Positions 24,908 to 39,300 of a DNA stretch of 64,000 nucleotides are shown here, one piece after another. Each line of letters begins with the position of its first letter. The stretch's first letter is position 1. This DNA is from Ptychomitrium polyphyllum (Eukaryota), in assembly GCA_973851085.1 (NCBI GenBank), contig OZ316775.1, forward strand, positions 3,968,001-4,032,000, written 5' to 3'. Position numbers and translations under genes: made by a program. The notes under the pieces are model-generated. The model searched no databases. It was given only the letters and a program-made list of their open reading frames with translations, and had not been told where the DNA came from.

Positions 24908-26090
24908 TAGGTTGGGGCCTCGTTTCGTCTCCAAGTCGGAGGAGTCGAATATCTGCGTGCGGGTGATTGAGTCTTGATGGGAGGCTGATACCCTAAACCG
25001 TCAATGTAATTACGATATTCTTCATAATATTTTAAGATCTAAGAGGTTTCAGTGCTAAAAATTGTAGACCACAACTTTTTATTTCATGAAAGCCACACCA
25101 TTCATAATAATTTCATTTTTCATGCAAGGGCCCATTTACACCTATAATAAGGATTCTAAATCATGTTTGTCATTTCATTAAAATTCTCAATTTCTAATTA
25201 ATATAATAGTATTTAGTATATTAGTAAACATCCATAAAAATTTGCAAAAGTAAAAAATACAGAGAGCAATTTTTTATTTTAGCAATTTTTCATTGTAGTA
25301 ACTCACCTCCATACTTGAGCTCCTGTAGCAGGGAATGCATGAAAGGCATGGGCCTAGTTTGGCAATACTGGTGACGTGGCACTTAAACTCCAACAACCAG
25401 AGAATTTGTGCTTGGGCACGTTTGTCAAAGCAGAAACTCTACCTGTGAATGATTTGGAACCATCAGTGTCCCGAGAGAGGTGCCTCAGGGGCCACTAAAG
25501 AATGAGAATCCATACTTGAGTGCAAAGTTGCAATGTGGTCATCATTGCAATTTGCGAGTGCGACAAACTGCCTGCGAGCGTCCAAAGACCACCATTCTGA
25601 CCTTTCTGATCGCTTCACGTGAAAGATAATTCTCCCCTTCCTAACAGAAACCCTTTTCCTAAACCCGTCATGGCGCCGAAAAACCGACATCCTCTACCCT
25701 TGGCGTACACTCCACCGGTGGAAATCTAGCGAAGGAGTAGAGTATGCGGGAATTGGAGGCCGGGGGCGGTCGTGGGGTACGGTGACGGGTATAGGGGGGA
25801 TGCTTAGGGTTTCACCATCGCATTGCCACTTTCACGCCGAGTCCGCCATCGCCATAGCTCTCGAGCTCGCAAGCTTCCATGCTAACCATCATGGCTATGG
25901 CCATGAGCTTCGGGAGTACCAGCTGCTGGTCGTCGTGCTGTCTCTCGTGGAAGTAGTGCGGGAGGGGGAGGGAAGGGCGTCGCTTGTGTAGCGGGCGAGC
26001 AGGGCAGGCCGGGGCTGGGGGGGGGGGGCCGCGCGGGAGGAGAGGGCAAGGGTGGAGGGAGGTCAAGGGTGGAGGGAGGTCATCTTCGCT

Positions 26091-29000
26091 ATGGACCATG
26101 GCGAGGGGAGCATCGCGGTGGAGAACGGGGAGGATCTCGACACGGTCGTAGGCGACGACGGCTATCATGAGGAAGACATCGCCGATGGCATGGGGCCGGC
26201 GGGCTCTGCGGAGCCAGCAGGGCTTGAAGGCGAGGAGGCTCTGGAATCGCTTGAAGGAGATTCAGGAGGAGGAGATGACGGTGCGGCAGAAGAATTGGAA
26301 GCTGTTTCGTTGGAAGAGATCCAGCAGCCTCCGTCTGTGGCGTTGAATGGTGTCGCGTCGACTATGTCGAACAATGTGAGTTGGAGTTGATCTGGATTGT
26401 CTATGTTCTGTGATTGGAGGCTTTTGGTGGATTGAAGTTTGGTGTTTTTCGTTTGGTTTAGGATTCTTTGCTTTTGCGGATTTTTGAAGTTGTTTGTTTT
26501 TAGCAGCTGAATTGCGAAATTAGCTGGAAGTTGATGGAAGGCTTTGGTTTCTTTTTCTTTTTTCCTGTGGGCTGGTATGGCAGGAACGGCGTGCACGAGA
26601 GGCTATTGAAGCGAACTCGTACGATGTGGATGCTTGGAATGGGCTTTGCAACGAAGCTCAAGTAAGTTTCTGAGCATTACTGGTTTTCAATGTTTGTTGT
26701 GTTGGAAATCAACAATGGGCGGTGGGTACTCGAGGTGGTGGAATTCGGTTTTTTTGCTAGGGAGTTAATTGCATGGGAATATAGTTTGTTACACCTGTGA
26801 TGGGATCGAGTCTATCTGTTGGCAAGTGAGAGCATGTCAGCAGTAGTTGTGAGAATTTGTTGGATGATATACTTGAACAGACAAAGCCGATTGGAGATGC
26901 CGCATCGATTTTCGAGGAGTTGCTTTCCACGTTTCCAACATCGGTACAATTCGTAAACAGTTCAAATTTTCGATATTGATTATTTTTCATATTGGAGAGA
27001 TGTGCTTAGTCGTGAGAATTATCAGAGTATTTAAGAAGAACTTCATGAGCGCACTTTTATGGTCTACAGCAAGAACAGTTGCAGGCTTTGTTGCAAGGAG
27101 GGGAGATTGGAATCACTCACAACAAACGGTTTATTTACAGGCAAAGTTCTGGAGGATTTATGTGGAGGCTCAATTGGCAGCAAACGATGACGATGCTGTC
27201 AAGCAAATATTCAGTCGGTGTTTGCTTCAGTGCCTGCATGTCGATCTTTGGTTAGTTTTGTGCTCCATTTTTCCCACGATTTTGTGAACTTTAATTTTGA
27301 AATATCATTACTAGTACAAGTCTTCTATTACATCACTAAGCTTCAAAGTCTGTTCCTTGTGGCGATGTTTGGAGGTAATCATTTGTCGTCGACCTAGAAC
27401 TTGGGATGAGCTGAGCGAGAAATTCGCTGCAGGTTTTCCTCTAGTCGTTGCATTAACAGAATTGTATCATGCCAAGTTCCTCTTCAAACTCTCAGTTACA
27501 TTTTGTTTGCGCCTCTAGTTCTGATGGGGTTCGTAGTTTGGGCGTGTCTTTCTTTGCAAATTTCTCTAGGTTCGACATAAGATTGCATTGAGTATCCTAA
27601 GGCAGAGACTTAAGGATCTCATCACTGCTACGGAGCTCTCCAATCATGCAACCACGGACGTTTGGGTTCTTTAAATTTTTAATGTAATGACGGTGCAGGA
27701 GAACGTATCTTCGGTACATACGGAAAGTGAATGACAATAGAGGTTCTGAAGGGCGTGAGGAGATGAAGAAGGCTTTTGAGTTTATGCTTGGTCACATTGG
27801 TACGTTTAATGTATTTTGAAACCTGCTATTCTCCCATCTTCGTGTGATTATAGTTGATCGTGCTTTTATCTCTTTTAATGACATTTTGTGTGATATGGTG
27901 TGGTGTGGATCATTCTGATCAATAATCATGTGGGAAACAGGGTTCGATATCAATGCAGGTCCCGTCTGGCTTGAATACATATCTTTTCTAAAAGCTGCTC
28001 CTGTAAGTTCTCTGTCACCTACGTGGTTTGAATATATTTGTTCTACCGTATGCACCTTTCTCCTTATCCCCTACTTTTCTGGAGGGTTGAATTTGTGGTG
28101 CCTATTTATTTTTAATGGGGGACCTGGGCTACCTCATAAAATCAACGTAAGGCTGGAGACGGATTAATTAAACATGGATTGTGCAAGTTTATAATGGTCA
28201 TTGTGACGTAGTGCTTTCTGTAGCATTTTGGTATATTGTTTGCATAAGGCTGATTTTAATATTGAACGAATATGATGAGCAGGCAGTGACTCCACAAGAA
28301 GAGTCGTTCAGGATGACAGCAGTGCGTAAGGCCTATCAGAAGGCTATATTAGCCCCTGTTCACCTGGTCGAGCAGATTTGGAGGGAGTATGAAAGTTTTG
28401 AGAATTCTATCAGCCGTGCCCTGGTTGGCTGCTTGCCCTCTAATCAGAGTCAAAGTCTAGGAGTAAAACAGCCACCGATTGTGATGCACTTATGGGGTTC
28501 AATAAAATTTAAGTTTTCACATGGCCATCCTTTTACTGAATTGCCTATACTTCAAAATGGCTTACCGTTGGTTGTCCTTCAGGATGTTGATATGATTATG
28601 TCTTGTCAATTAGAGATTAGATTCTTTGTGAATTGAGGATGGTTCCTTCACTGTGCAATTTATGAATGCTCATGCGGTTTTGCTTTTCAAGCTTGTTCTT
28701 TTCTCTGTGCCTCAATGACTCTCTTCTGGATTTGCTTCACCTTAATCTGGCCTGTTGCACATGTTTACTGCTACCTGTGTAAAACCTCACATGCACTTAT
28801 GTTTTGATGGTGGCAAACATAATGTTGCGCCAGCGAAGTGATTGAAGCTCAAGCAGACTGTTTTCAGGAGCTGCAATGATCTTGGTTGAGCATATATCTA
28901 AGGGCTGAATCGCTCTGTCTATGCAGGCAAAGGGCCTTTTGGCAGAATATCAACCTAAGCATTTCAGTGCTAGGGCTGTGTACAGGGAGCGCAAGAAGTA

Positions 29001-32000
29001 CTGTGATCGTATTGATACAAACATGCTTGCAGTTCCTCCAACGGGCTCGTTTAAAGCAAGTTTCATTCCCTGACACTTGAATTTTGCTTCCACACTGGTT
29101 ACTCGTATGGTCGTCGGTACTATCGAATGGTCAATCTTGGTTTTTGTGTATACATTCATGTATATTGTTACTGAAGGTCTAGATTTGTAACCCAGGGACC
29201 CGTCATGGTGAGTCTGGCTGTTGTAGTTGACATTCTGTCTTTCATAATTGATGTTGCGCAAGAGTGTCCACATGATACATCTGAATGATCGTACACAGAA
29301 ATTTCATTTTTAGTTTGTTTCACTGATGCTTTACTATCTTCCTGATGTTTCTTTCAATTTCCAAGCTTCTTCATATACAGGGCTCTGTTGTTTTGTGCTT
29401 GTATTGTCCATGGGTCTTGTTGCATGTTTTATTTTCTTTACTTGCGTAGGATACATGAATTGGTGCTGTGCGTTATTCATATACCCGATGTGAAGTGTTA
29501 TATCGTTGTCCATTTACAGGTAGCCCCTTCAAGAGTAGATAATCTTAACTACATTTCAGTCTTGCTGATTTTTGTTTAGTTCATTCTTGGCTCTCACTTA
29601 TTCAGCAAACTGGTTTATTGCTTGACTAAGATGTTGTGGATATGGGCTTGGTGTAAAGTCTGACATAGTTTATAGCGTGCATGTATTCAGGAAGAGCAGC
29701 AATGCGTAGCTTGGAAGCAGTTGTTGACATTTGAGAAGTAAGATACTTTTATCTTGTGGATGAATAATTTATAGATTTCATCATGAGTTGATGGGTTGAA
29801 TTGTGAAGTTCGCGTGGAGTCAATAGAGCTCATCAGGTTTTGCTTATATTTGTAGTTACTTATTGTTTTTAAGCAAACATCTACTTCTATTCGGGTTCAT
29901 GTTGATGTAATTTCTTTCACTAATGGTCTGGAATGAACATTGTGCAAGTCTCCCTGTCGTGTGGGTTTAGCACATGAGTCGGTTCGAGTCCGTTCAAAAT
30001 AACATCAACTTCGAGTCTAAATGCGCACAGTCCCATTGATGATCGAAGAACTGGATTTGGCAGGGGAAACCCTCAACGATTGGATCCAGTGGGGTTGACG
30101 AATCATGTGGCCTTCACTTATGAGCAGGTAACCTGCCTGATCGTATAAATTTTGTTCAAATTGCCGCATAGACAATAACATTCCAAGCCTGTGTAAGTAG
30201 ATTGGTTGATTATGGGTATACCATTTATGATGCTTAAGATCTCTAAGATGACTAAATCAGTAGTCACTGTAAATATGTATTCCTGGGCGTTCAATGGGTA
30301 TGTTACGTTGATGCTCAAGTGAAAGAAACTCATTATGTGCATGGTCTGGCTTGAATACTTGTCAAAGTAGGGTTCTGATTAGTAATTGTGGATGTGTATG
30401 CAGTGTTTAATGTATCTGTATCACTATCCAGACATCTGGTATGACTATGCCACTTGGCATTCTCAAAATGGGTCACCTGATTCTGCAGCTGTTATATTTC
30501 AGCGAGCGTTGAGGGCTCTTCCAGGTATTCCCATCGCTCCTTTCGCAATTGGTTTATCGATTTTTGGTTTTTGTTTTCTAACTGTGTTAAGTACAGTTAG
30601 GATCATGTTTATAGATAAGGTTGTCTTAACCCCGTCACTACCCCGTCATTAACTGATCTGATTCTCTGCCATTGAGCAAGTTCTTGTAGCCGGAGAGTTT
30701 AAGTTCAGTTTTGTAAGTCAATCTGGTAACTCGAGCATCGTAGCACCAGAGTCTAAGTTTAGTGTCTCGTTGAAGTTTTAGGCGAACTGATTGTATATGC
30801 ATGGTTTAATTACATCATCAACGAATTTTTAAAAAAAGTTTTTGTTGTGACTGACAGATACAGCAGTTTTGCATTATGCGTATGCTGAATTTGAAGAAGC
30901 CAGAGGTGTAATTACGGTATGCAGGAAACTGTGTGGAACGCTCTATTTGGTTCACTATTCAGAAGATTGTTTTTTAAAAGGAGCACGTCTGTTTTATAGT
31001 TTTTTCATTTTAATACTTACGGAAACTGTATTTGAAATTTGTACTTTATATGGATATGTTTTTGATTGAGTCAGGAAGCTAAGGCAGTGTACGAGAAGCT
31101 CATCTCAAATGAGACGACAATCAATGCTTTAGCATATATTCAGGTACTTGTTTAGTATTTTATATTTATACTAAAGAACATGGCTTTAGTCTACAATACC
31201 CTGCTAGGATTGCAATTTTGATTGAAGTCTTTTAAGAAGTCAGTTAAGCACTTTACACGTCTTTAACTTTTTTGAAATGGTGCAGTTGATGCGCTTTGTG
31301 AGGAGAACAGAGGGAATTGGAGCTGCTCGCAAAATCTTCTCTCAAGCTCGCACATCTCCTGCTTGTACATATCACGTCTATGTGGCATCTGCCACTATGG
31401 AGCTTTGTGTTGATAAAGATCCCAAGGTAGTGCGACCTCGAATAACATTTAGAGTTGTTATCACTTTTTCTTTATGCTTACCGTCATGAAACTTTTTTAA
31501 AATTCGTTTTTTAATGTATTTTTGCTGTTAGAGATAGGCTTTTATTTTAAATTGAGGTTATAACATTATTTAGTGCTACTGTAAACATCTGTAAATTTGT
31601 TAATTATATCCTTGGTAACCGTTTGGGTTTGAAGATCTTTGCTGAGCAAGAATGTCCCGTTCTGTAACGCTGATGTACTTTTGCAGTCATACCGTCAAGA
31701 AGCCAATTTACCCCTCTTAATGCTATTAGGTCATTTTGTTATACTCATGCGACTTTCTTGTGCTGTAGGTTGCTCGAAATATATTTGAACTGGGGCTGAA
31801 GAAGTACATTAATGAGCCTCCTTATGTGCTAGAGTGAGTACAAAGCTCATAGGATATGTATCGACTGCTATGATTCTTGGTTTGGAGAGTTCCTTTTTAT
31901 TTTGATGTTCATCCTTAACCTTTTCTTTGGAAAGGAGCTGCTCTGATGCCCTTGCTCATTTTTCTTATTCAGATATGCAGATTTTCTTTGTCGTATGAAC

Positions 32001-35000
32001 GACGAACGAAATGTACGGGTGCTTTTTGAGCGTGCTCTTAGTGTACTTCCTGCTGACGAGTCTGTGGAGGTGCGAGCTCTTCTTTTTTTCTCAGTGTTGA
32101 TCATTTCAGCCACTATTACATCACTAAATTTTTTCTTATTTTTTATGTAGAGCAACTTGAAGACGCTTAAAGATTGATTGGTCTTTGTTGGGACAGATTT
32201 GGAATCGATTTTTGGCTTTTGAACAAACCTATGGAGATCTTGCCAGCATACTGAAGGTATGATTTCTAGTAAATTTCCCGCTGTGCTTTCTTGCAGAACA
32301 ATATCCAGCTTTGCATCTAATCATTCTAAACGAGTTTTTGTGTCGTCAATGTCGTTTTTCGTTTTCACCAGTTGGCTGTTCTGTTAGGCTATCTTTTTGA
32401 TTGAGATTGTTATGATGGTCTCCTAGATGAATTCTGTAGGATTGAAGCAATAAGTTACTGGAGCTGTTTGTTTTGTTGTGAATCAATTCTAGGTTGAGCA
32501 GCGGCGAAAAGAAGCGTTGTCACAAACTGGGGACGATGGTGCACTCTTAGCTGAACCTTCACTGCAGCGGCTTATTAGCAGATACCGCTTCCTTGACCTC
32601 TGGCCATGTTCATCCTTTGATCTTGATCACATCTCTCGTCAACAGGTACACTTAGTCTTTTTACTTTTTAAAGTAAACAACACAAATTCTTCTACAACTG
32701 TTCTCTTATGATTCAACTGCCAGATGAAAACCCTTTAAGTTTATAGGTAGAAATATTACAATAGTTCAATATTTTGTAGAAAGAACTGTTACATATTCCA
32801 CTAAATTTTGCAGGTGCGCACTTATTCTAGAGATCCTGTGTTACATATGGTGACTTGATATGTTGCCTTTTTGAGCAGATGGCTGTTCAAAAGTTGTCGT
32901 CAAAGTTGGAAAAGACTAGGTCACATGGTGCAAGTGAAAAGCAAGGAAACCGAGATTCTGGACCATCAGGTGAAGCTTACTCTCGTCTTTCTTTTATAAT
33001 GCTGAGCTTGAGAACTAAGTCTTTGAGATTAACTGTCTCAGATGACTGTTTCTGTACAGTGGTCTTTTACAGAGTGTGTTCTCTTTGTGCTGTTTTTATT
33101 TTAATGCATTTGTCTATTTGAAGCAGCTGAAAAGAACTCATCAACTGGAGCAGCATCTGGGAACACTAGTTCCAACATCAATATTGTTCGACCTGACGTA
33201 ACCGCTATGATGGTCTATGATCCTCGGCAAGGATTTGGTATGTCTCTTGCCTTCTCACCACTGGATTTCTATTGACATTTTGAAATGTTTTTGATATTCA
33301 GAACTGAAACATGATTTGTTGGTTGTCTTGCAGGAGTTCTCACCCAAGGACAAGCAGTAGGACCCATGCAACCGATTCCAACAATGGCTTCAGCAGGCAT
33401 GCAGTTTGGACCCCTACCGTTAGGATTGCATCCACCTGCACCGCAGGTTATACAAGGTGAAATCTCCTTCATCATCTCATGTACTGTTATATGTTCTACA
33501 CCGAGCAGCTAATACAAATTGGGAGAGGCAGTGAGAGGCAGGGAGAGGCGATGAGTTTTAGCGTGGTGTTCATATTTTAAACCACTTCATCTTGTAGCAT
33601 CAAGATTTGAGTGCATGTCTTAGACGCATATGTATTGCGTTATAAGCATTGTTAACCGATTTCAGTTTTGAATGTGGCAGGCGCAGTTCCAATGATGCCG
33701 AGTGGAAGCATGTCAACCTTACCCATGCAACCAATGCATCCACCTCCGCCTGCAGGACCTCGACCGCCTCCACTGCCACCAGGGCGACCACCTGGTGAAG
33801 GTTCTGGAAACATGAAGTCAGTTGACGATGCCTTGAAATTTTTGCCTCCCTCTCTTGGCTCTTTTCTTACCCGCCTTCCGAGAACAGTTAATGGTGAGGA
33901 TCTCAATTCATACTCGACGTCTTATAAAATTTGATGTTTTTGGATGGTCCTATCTGAATTATATTATGATAAAATAGTATCTAAAATTTGAAATTAAATT
34001 TTATAATAGTGCTTACAAGGACAAGTAACCTATTTGAATAAATTGACGATTCTGTTCAGTTGTCTAGATCTTTTCATTACATCCTGTTGCTCTCATTCTT
34101 TTCTTTTACTATATTTGTCTACTTCCAGTTATCTTGCTTTGAAGTTAAAAGAGTTTCTTTATACTCAAATTTGTGTACGAAGAATTTGGAATATCGTTGT
34201 CAATACATTATCATAGTGGAGGGAACATAACACAAGAAGTTATTAAGTTTGAACACTAAAAGCAATGAATATCTCTTGGTGTTCTTACAGGGCCTTATCC
34301 TGATCCCGACACAGTTATAGCGTATTTGCTTCAAACTGATCTTCAAGCAATGATGCAAGAAGAGGGCCTTTTAGTGCCGACTGGCGCAGTTTCTGCAAGC
34401 CCTACTTCTGGTGGGGACAAACATGCTGGTAATCAAAGTCAGGAAAGGAATAATATAAACTTGAGAACCAACTATAGTAATCAATCAGGTTTTGAGGGAA
34501 GGAAGTCAACTGGTTCAAATCCTCGACAATCTCGACATCCACCAAAAAGAAAAGATTCCGAGAGTAAGTACTTTCTTTGTATCTGATATCCTATTCCTTT
34601 CTGTTGCATACTTTCAAGGGTCGGTACGTGGTTGGTTCTCTGGGATACTTTGACCTTTGAAAGCATGCTGCAAAAAGAGTTCAGAAATTGATTCATTCCC
34701 ATGCCAGTGTTTTCAAAATGATTTCTGTTTGTGATGATTGAAAAGGTCCTGTGCTCCTGAAAGAGGTATTGGAGGCTTCTTGAAATTTTTCTTTGTTTAC
34801 TTATCACTTCAATCTTTAATATATGCCAGGGGAAGAAGATGATGAGACACCTGGGCCACAGAATCGACCACCTCCACGAGATGTTTTTAGGTTGCGGCAG
34901 CTCCAACGTGCTCGAGGTGGTGGTGGTGGTGGTCCCTCAATGCAGTCAGGGTCCACTTCAGGTAACAGTGGTGCCTTTAGCGGTGATATTTCGGGTAGCT

Positions 35001-35008
35001 CGGAGTAG
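26091..35008 (+). CDS. CSTF77: Cleavage stimulation factor 77 kDa subunit (Suf/RNA14, HAT repeats); multi-exon
   Basis: Exons include ANSYDVDAW, AKFWRIYVEAQ..IFSRCL, MLAVPPTGSFK|EEQQ..WKQLLTFEK|GNPQRLD, YHYPDIWYDYATW, MRFVRRTEGI and RYRFLDLWPC; ends PPPRDVFRLRQ...GSSE*. Exon 1 is 26091-26375 and exon 2 is 26584-26661. Confidence 0.95.
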
Positions 35009-35738
35009 AATTTCTATATGCAAGAAATTCCGAGTTCTATGATTTCGCTATCAGAGTGATTTGTACTATTGTTGTTTAGTTGTGTCGTACATTTTTGTTC
35101 TTATAGTAGTTGTAGTTTCCTTTTACAATTCATTTTATTTTCCTTCTAATTGGCTCTTACCTTCTTTGGGCAATGCAATGGGTTTCAACAATGTATTGTT
35201 TGTTCCTTGTGAGACATCTGGTTCTTTAAAGAAAATCGTTATTTTGTAATATTTATTTACCAATCGAATACTATTCTTTGCCAGCTTTACCTCATCTGAT
35301 TCTAGTGAGTGGTAGCAAAAGATTTGTTAAATAAAGACTGATTTTACTAGTCTAGAAGTAAAAGTAATACACTTTGTTTCAACTTAACGAGACCTGATTT
35401 AGAGATGGATTGTAGTAGTCTTGAAATAAAAGTTCACTTTACCTTAACTAGATGTTTGTACAATTTTTTGTGCAAAAGAATTTCTATGCTATAGGTTGAA
35501 ATCAAAACAAGGTTGGTCTTTATTGTAATTGCTTTTTTCCTAAAAAAACTGGCCGAGATGATCATGCAAATACACGGAATAGATTACCGTAGCAAATTGA
35601 GTGTTGATCTGCAACTGGTGTTATGGTTTCTAAGCGAAGACAGCAGTGCTAAAAAAAAGGAGAGGGATACACCTACAACAATTATATCCTCAAAACCACT
35701 TGGGACAGAAGAAACTGTGAGGAGATTTTGGCTATAGT

Positions 35739-36305
35739 TGTGACCAGATTTTTGGATTGATTGGATGAGAAGGATGTTGAGATAGAGAGGGTTTGGGAGA
35801 AATCACAAGGCACAAGTCATGGTCTCAATAATTCAAAGAAGCAGAGAAGAATTTACAATCCTCAATTTCCTGATTTGATGAGGGCTGATAGTTATGCGTC
35901 TCCAAGAATTTCCTCAAAGACAGGAAAAAAAAAGTTCATATGCAACACTGAGCTGAGATCATGTATATTTTCAAGGTGTAATGCATCTCCTGAGCAAAGC
36001 TCTTGTACATCCTTTCAATCCAATTCTCAAGCATCTACAGTGTATGTACAGTTTATCTTCACTCACTTTATTTTGCTCAATAAAGTTATCCTTTAAGTAG
36101 AACTCCTCATTTTGTGTCTTTTCTAGAGTGTGTTTGCCCTATAAATAATAGTTTTTAACAATCTATGACATAATCATCAAAACATTTTTGAGTTTGAGTT
36201 TGAAGGATGGCTGGGAAAGCTTTGGGCACCTAAGGTTATTGAAAGTTTGGCTTAGAAGAACTTAGCTAACTTTAGGGAGTTCCCTAACCATCCTTTAATG
36301 TCACA
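35739..36305. mobile_element. Candidate solo LTR (567 bp)
   Basis: Bounded by inverted TGTGAC...GTCACA, with an internal CTATAAATA near 36140. No matching 5-bp TSD (ATAGT vs AAGGC). Confidence 0.4.
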
Positions 36306-39300
36306 AAGGCACCTAACTTGTTCATCAAATCACACTCTAAATTATTTTTTTATCCATTATTATATATAAAATGACGTTTTAAATGTATTTTGTAGAACAT
36401 TCTTCTCTAAACGGAAATTGACCAATAATTCTAATATCCATATTCCATTGAGTATCCATACTCCATCAAGGTCCTATTCAAAATTCATATTTCACTTTTC
36501 CATATCTAGCTCCCACTATAGATCTATCTCCAGCTTCAACTCCATTTCTTGCTCCCATTCCTTCATCTTTGGCTCTACTACTCCATCTAGACCTCCCTGC
36601 ACTACCTTCCATATACATATACAAAATTGATGTTAATTCTTTTGATGCATGCAGTGTTGACATGGAAGATAATGCATCTTGTTGGAGAGGGTTATGGTTT
36701 TGATTGAACCAAATTCATTCCTCAGCATTATGCATTATGGTTTTGCCAAAAAATTGGGAACACAGCTGTTTCATTTTCACAAGCAGGCTACACTTCTTCC
36801 AGATTATTCAAACCTTCAGAATGTGCTAATACGTTTCTTGTAAGCAATATGTTCAATCTCAAATCTTTAGCTTTTCCAAAATGCAACTATAATTTCTAAA
36901 CTGTTTTTTTATCAATGAGCAAAGCATTTTATTGGGAGCGTGTATATATTGTGAAATAAAATGACCTTTATTATCACAATATTTATCAACTTATCATGGT
37001 GCATTCTTTTGAAAAAAATTTGTTTCTTTTCGGTCATTTTGATTGCTTATTTGTTATTGTCTATTGCATGATACGGATTTGTATATACTTTTTAAACAAG
37101 GCATTACATGTAACATGTGGTGTCTAGGGCCTGGTCCTTTATTTAGTAACACTGCATCAAATGCTTCTAGATTCACACTGGTCATCATAAGGCTGCCCAA
37201 AAATGTATTGTCTATGTGCCTGTAAGCCAGAAAACAATGTACAGTGGATGGATGGTGGTCTGTGTCTTTCAGGTTTCTGTGTGTTGGATCTTCATACCAT
37301 GAAATAATAATGTTAACTGTCTGTATTTGTAGACATGGTTTGCTTGCTACCTGCTACAATTGCTGCTGGAGTGATCATACACATCCAGAGAAGGATTGTA
37401 TCATGTAGGGACAGAGAGGTACATGTTCAGAATTTATCTCAATATTATATAATCACTAGGCTGCAGTCTGTTAAGATTATGATGTCAAGGAACATTCAAA
37501 TTGGCTTCAATTTGGTTGGCTTATGAGTACACTTCCCTGCTGACTAGCTGCACGATCCAGGCTCTGTAATAGAAGGACAACATGCTTGAGAGGTGGTAAC
37601 CCATATTCTCAAATCTTCACAGGCAGCTCCAGAATCCAGATTGTTTCTGAATAAATTGCAGAGGAAATGGATTGCAGACAGCTACTCTGTAGGTACAGTA
37701 CATAGTTCAGTGCATGCTATCATCATAATGTGATGTTTCCATACTCCTTGGTGGATATTTATTTTGACTTGAATGAAGGTACAGTAGCTAGGAATGTACC
37801 TGAGGTAGAACCGTCTGCCCAAAAGCAGCCACCTTTCTACTGTGGGTATTATTGTAATCCAGAAGTGCATGGGGAATCATTTTTAGAGTTGCCTAAGTGA
37901 AAATGTAGTGTAATGTTGACGAAATCAACTTCCTAGGATAGGTCTTAAATGTATAATGAAATTTTTAAACGGGAATTATGACCTCCTACTTTTTGATCAT
38001 AGGTTATGAAGAATACAACTATGTCTACAAATAAAATGAATGTTGCATAACTACTGATCAAGGGGAAAATAAATTCCTCTTAACATTGAACTAATGAAAT
38101 TAAAACAGCTAACTACTTGTAGAAAAACGTGATGAAAGCCATTGATTGTAATTCAATCTATATCAGTTTTGGATTTTATAGTTCTTTGTTTGTAGTTCAA
38201 TAACAGGGGTCAAATTACATCATGGGATAAAACTGGGGCACAACCCTTATGTTTGAATGGAGTTCTGCTCATCTCACAATGGTTCTTTTCTGTAAATGAA
38301 TTTTCTAAATGGTTGAAACAACATGCAGGAACTCACTCATGGGTGTTGGTTGAAGGGAATTTTGACAATTGCCTGGTCAGTAGAAACTGAGGTTTCAGTA
38401 TGATTTAGAACTAGTATACTAAAATACCTGTATAGTTCATATATGAACTGGTTACTGGAAATATTCACCATGCATGCATGTTTCAAAAATATTAACTGTT
38501 AGCTTGTTGCAGGGCATGAATGGGGATGCAATGTTCTCTGCAACCACTGTCCCAGGTTCCAACCCATGTAAGTGGGGATCTAAGATATGGAACAAGAGGG
38601 AAGCAAACAGCGTGCAGCTTGGCAGCATAAAATTCCTGTGCATGAGTGGATCATTTATGTTTTCTGTGCAGCATCACAGTTTTGCACATACCTGCAAGTT
38701 GTTCCCAATTCCAATGCCACTAGGTTGTTGTGTTCAGAGCATGGCTCCCTGCTTCCGAGACTCCCTGCAGGGCTGCTAAGGAACACTGCTGAACATTCTG
38801 ATTTTGTTATTGTTTTATTTGGATTTTAATTTGAAAGCTTCTAATGTAGGATCTTTTAATGCCAATATGGGGCCATCAACATTGGATATACACAACTTGG
38901 CAAAAGCTATTGTAAATTCTATGGAGAATGGATGTACTAGGGCTGTCTTACACCTTCTGCAAGGACAAAAGAGCGCAAAAATAAAATCCATTCCAAGACA
39001 TAGGTATTTTAGACAAAAGACTGTTTACAAAAGAAGTTGGGGAGATATTAAAATAATCAAGATGGAAAAAGTATTCTTTTGTGGTCACAGTTGAAGAGCA
39101 TTTTAAAATTTGGTCAACAAGTGGAAAAAAAATTGCAATAGCCACTGCCAGCCAACTCACTATTTCATCCATCTACAAATTGCTTCTCCTTTGGCAAACA
39201 AATAAGGTATATAACCTTATGGAAGAAATTGAAAATTTTGACCAATCATTTGCTAAATCTTTCTAAATATGACAAAAATAATTTCTTTCATAAATAACCG

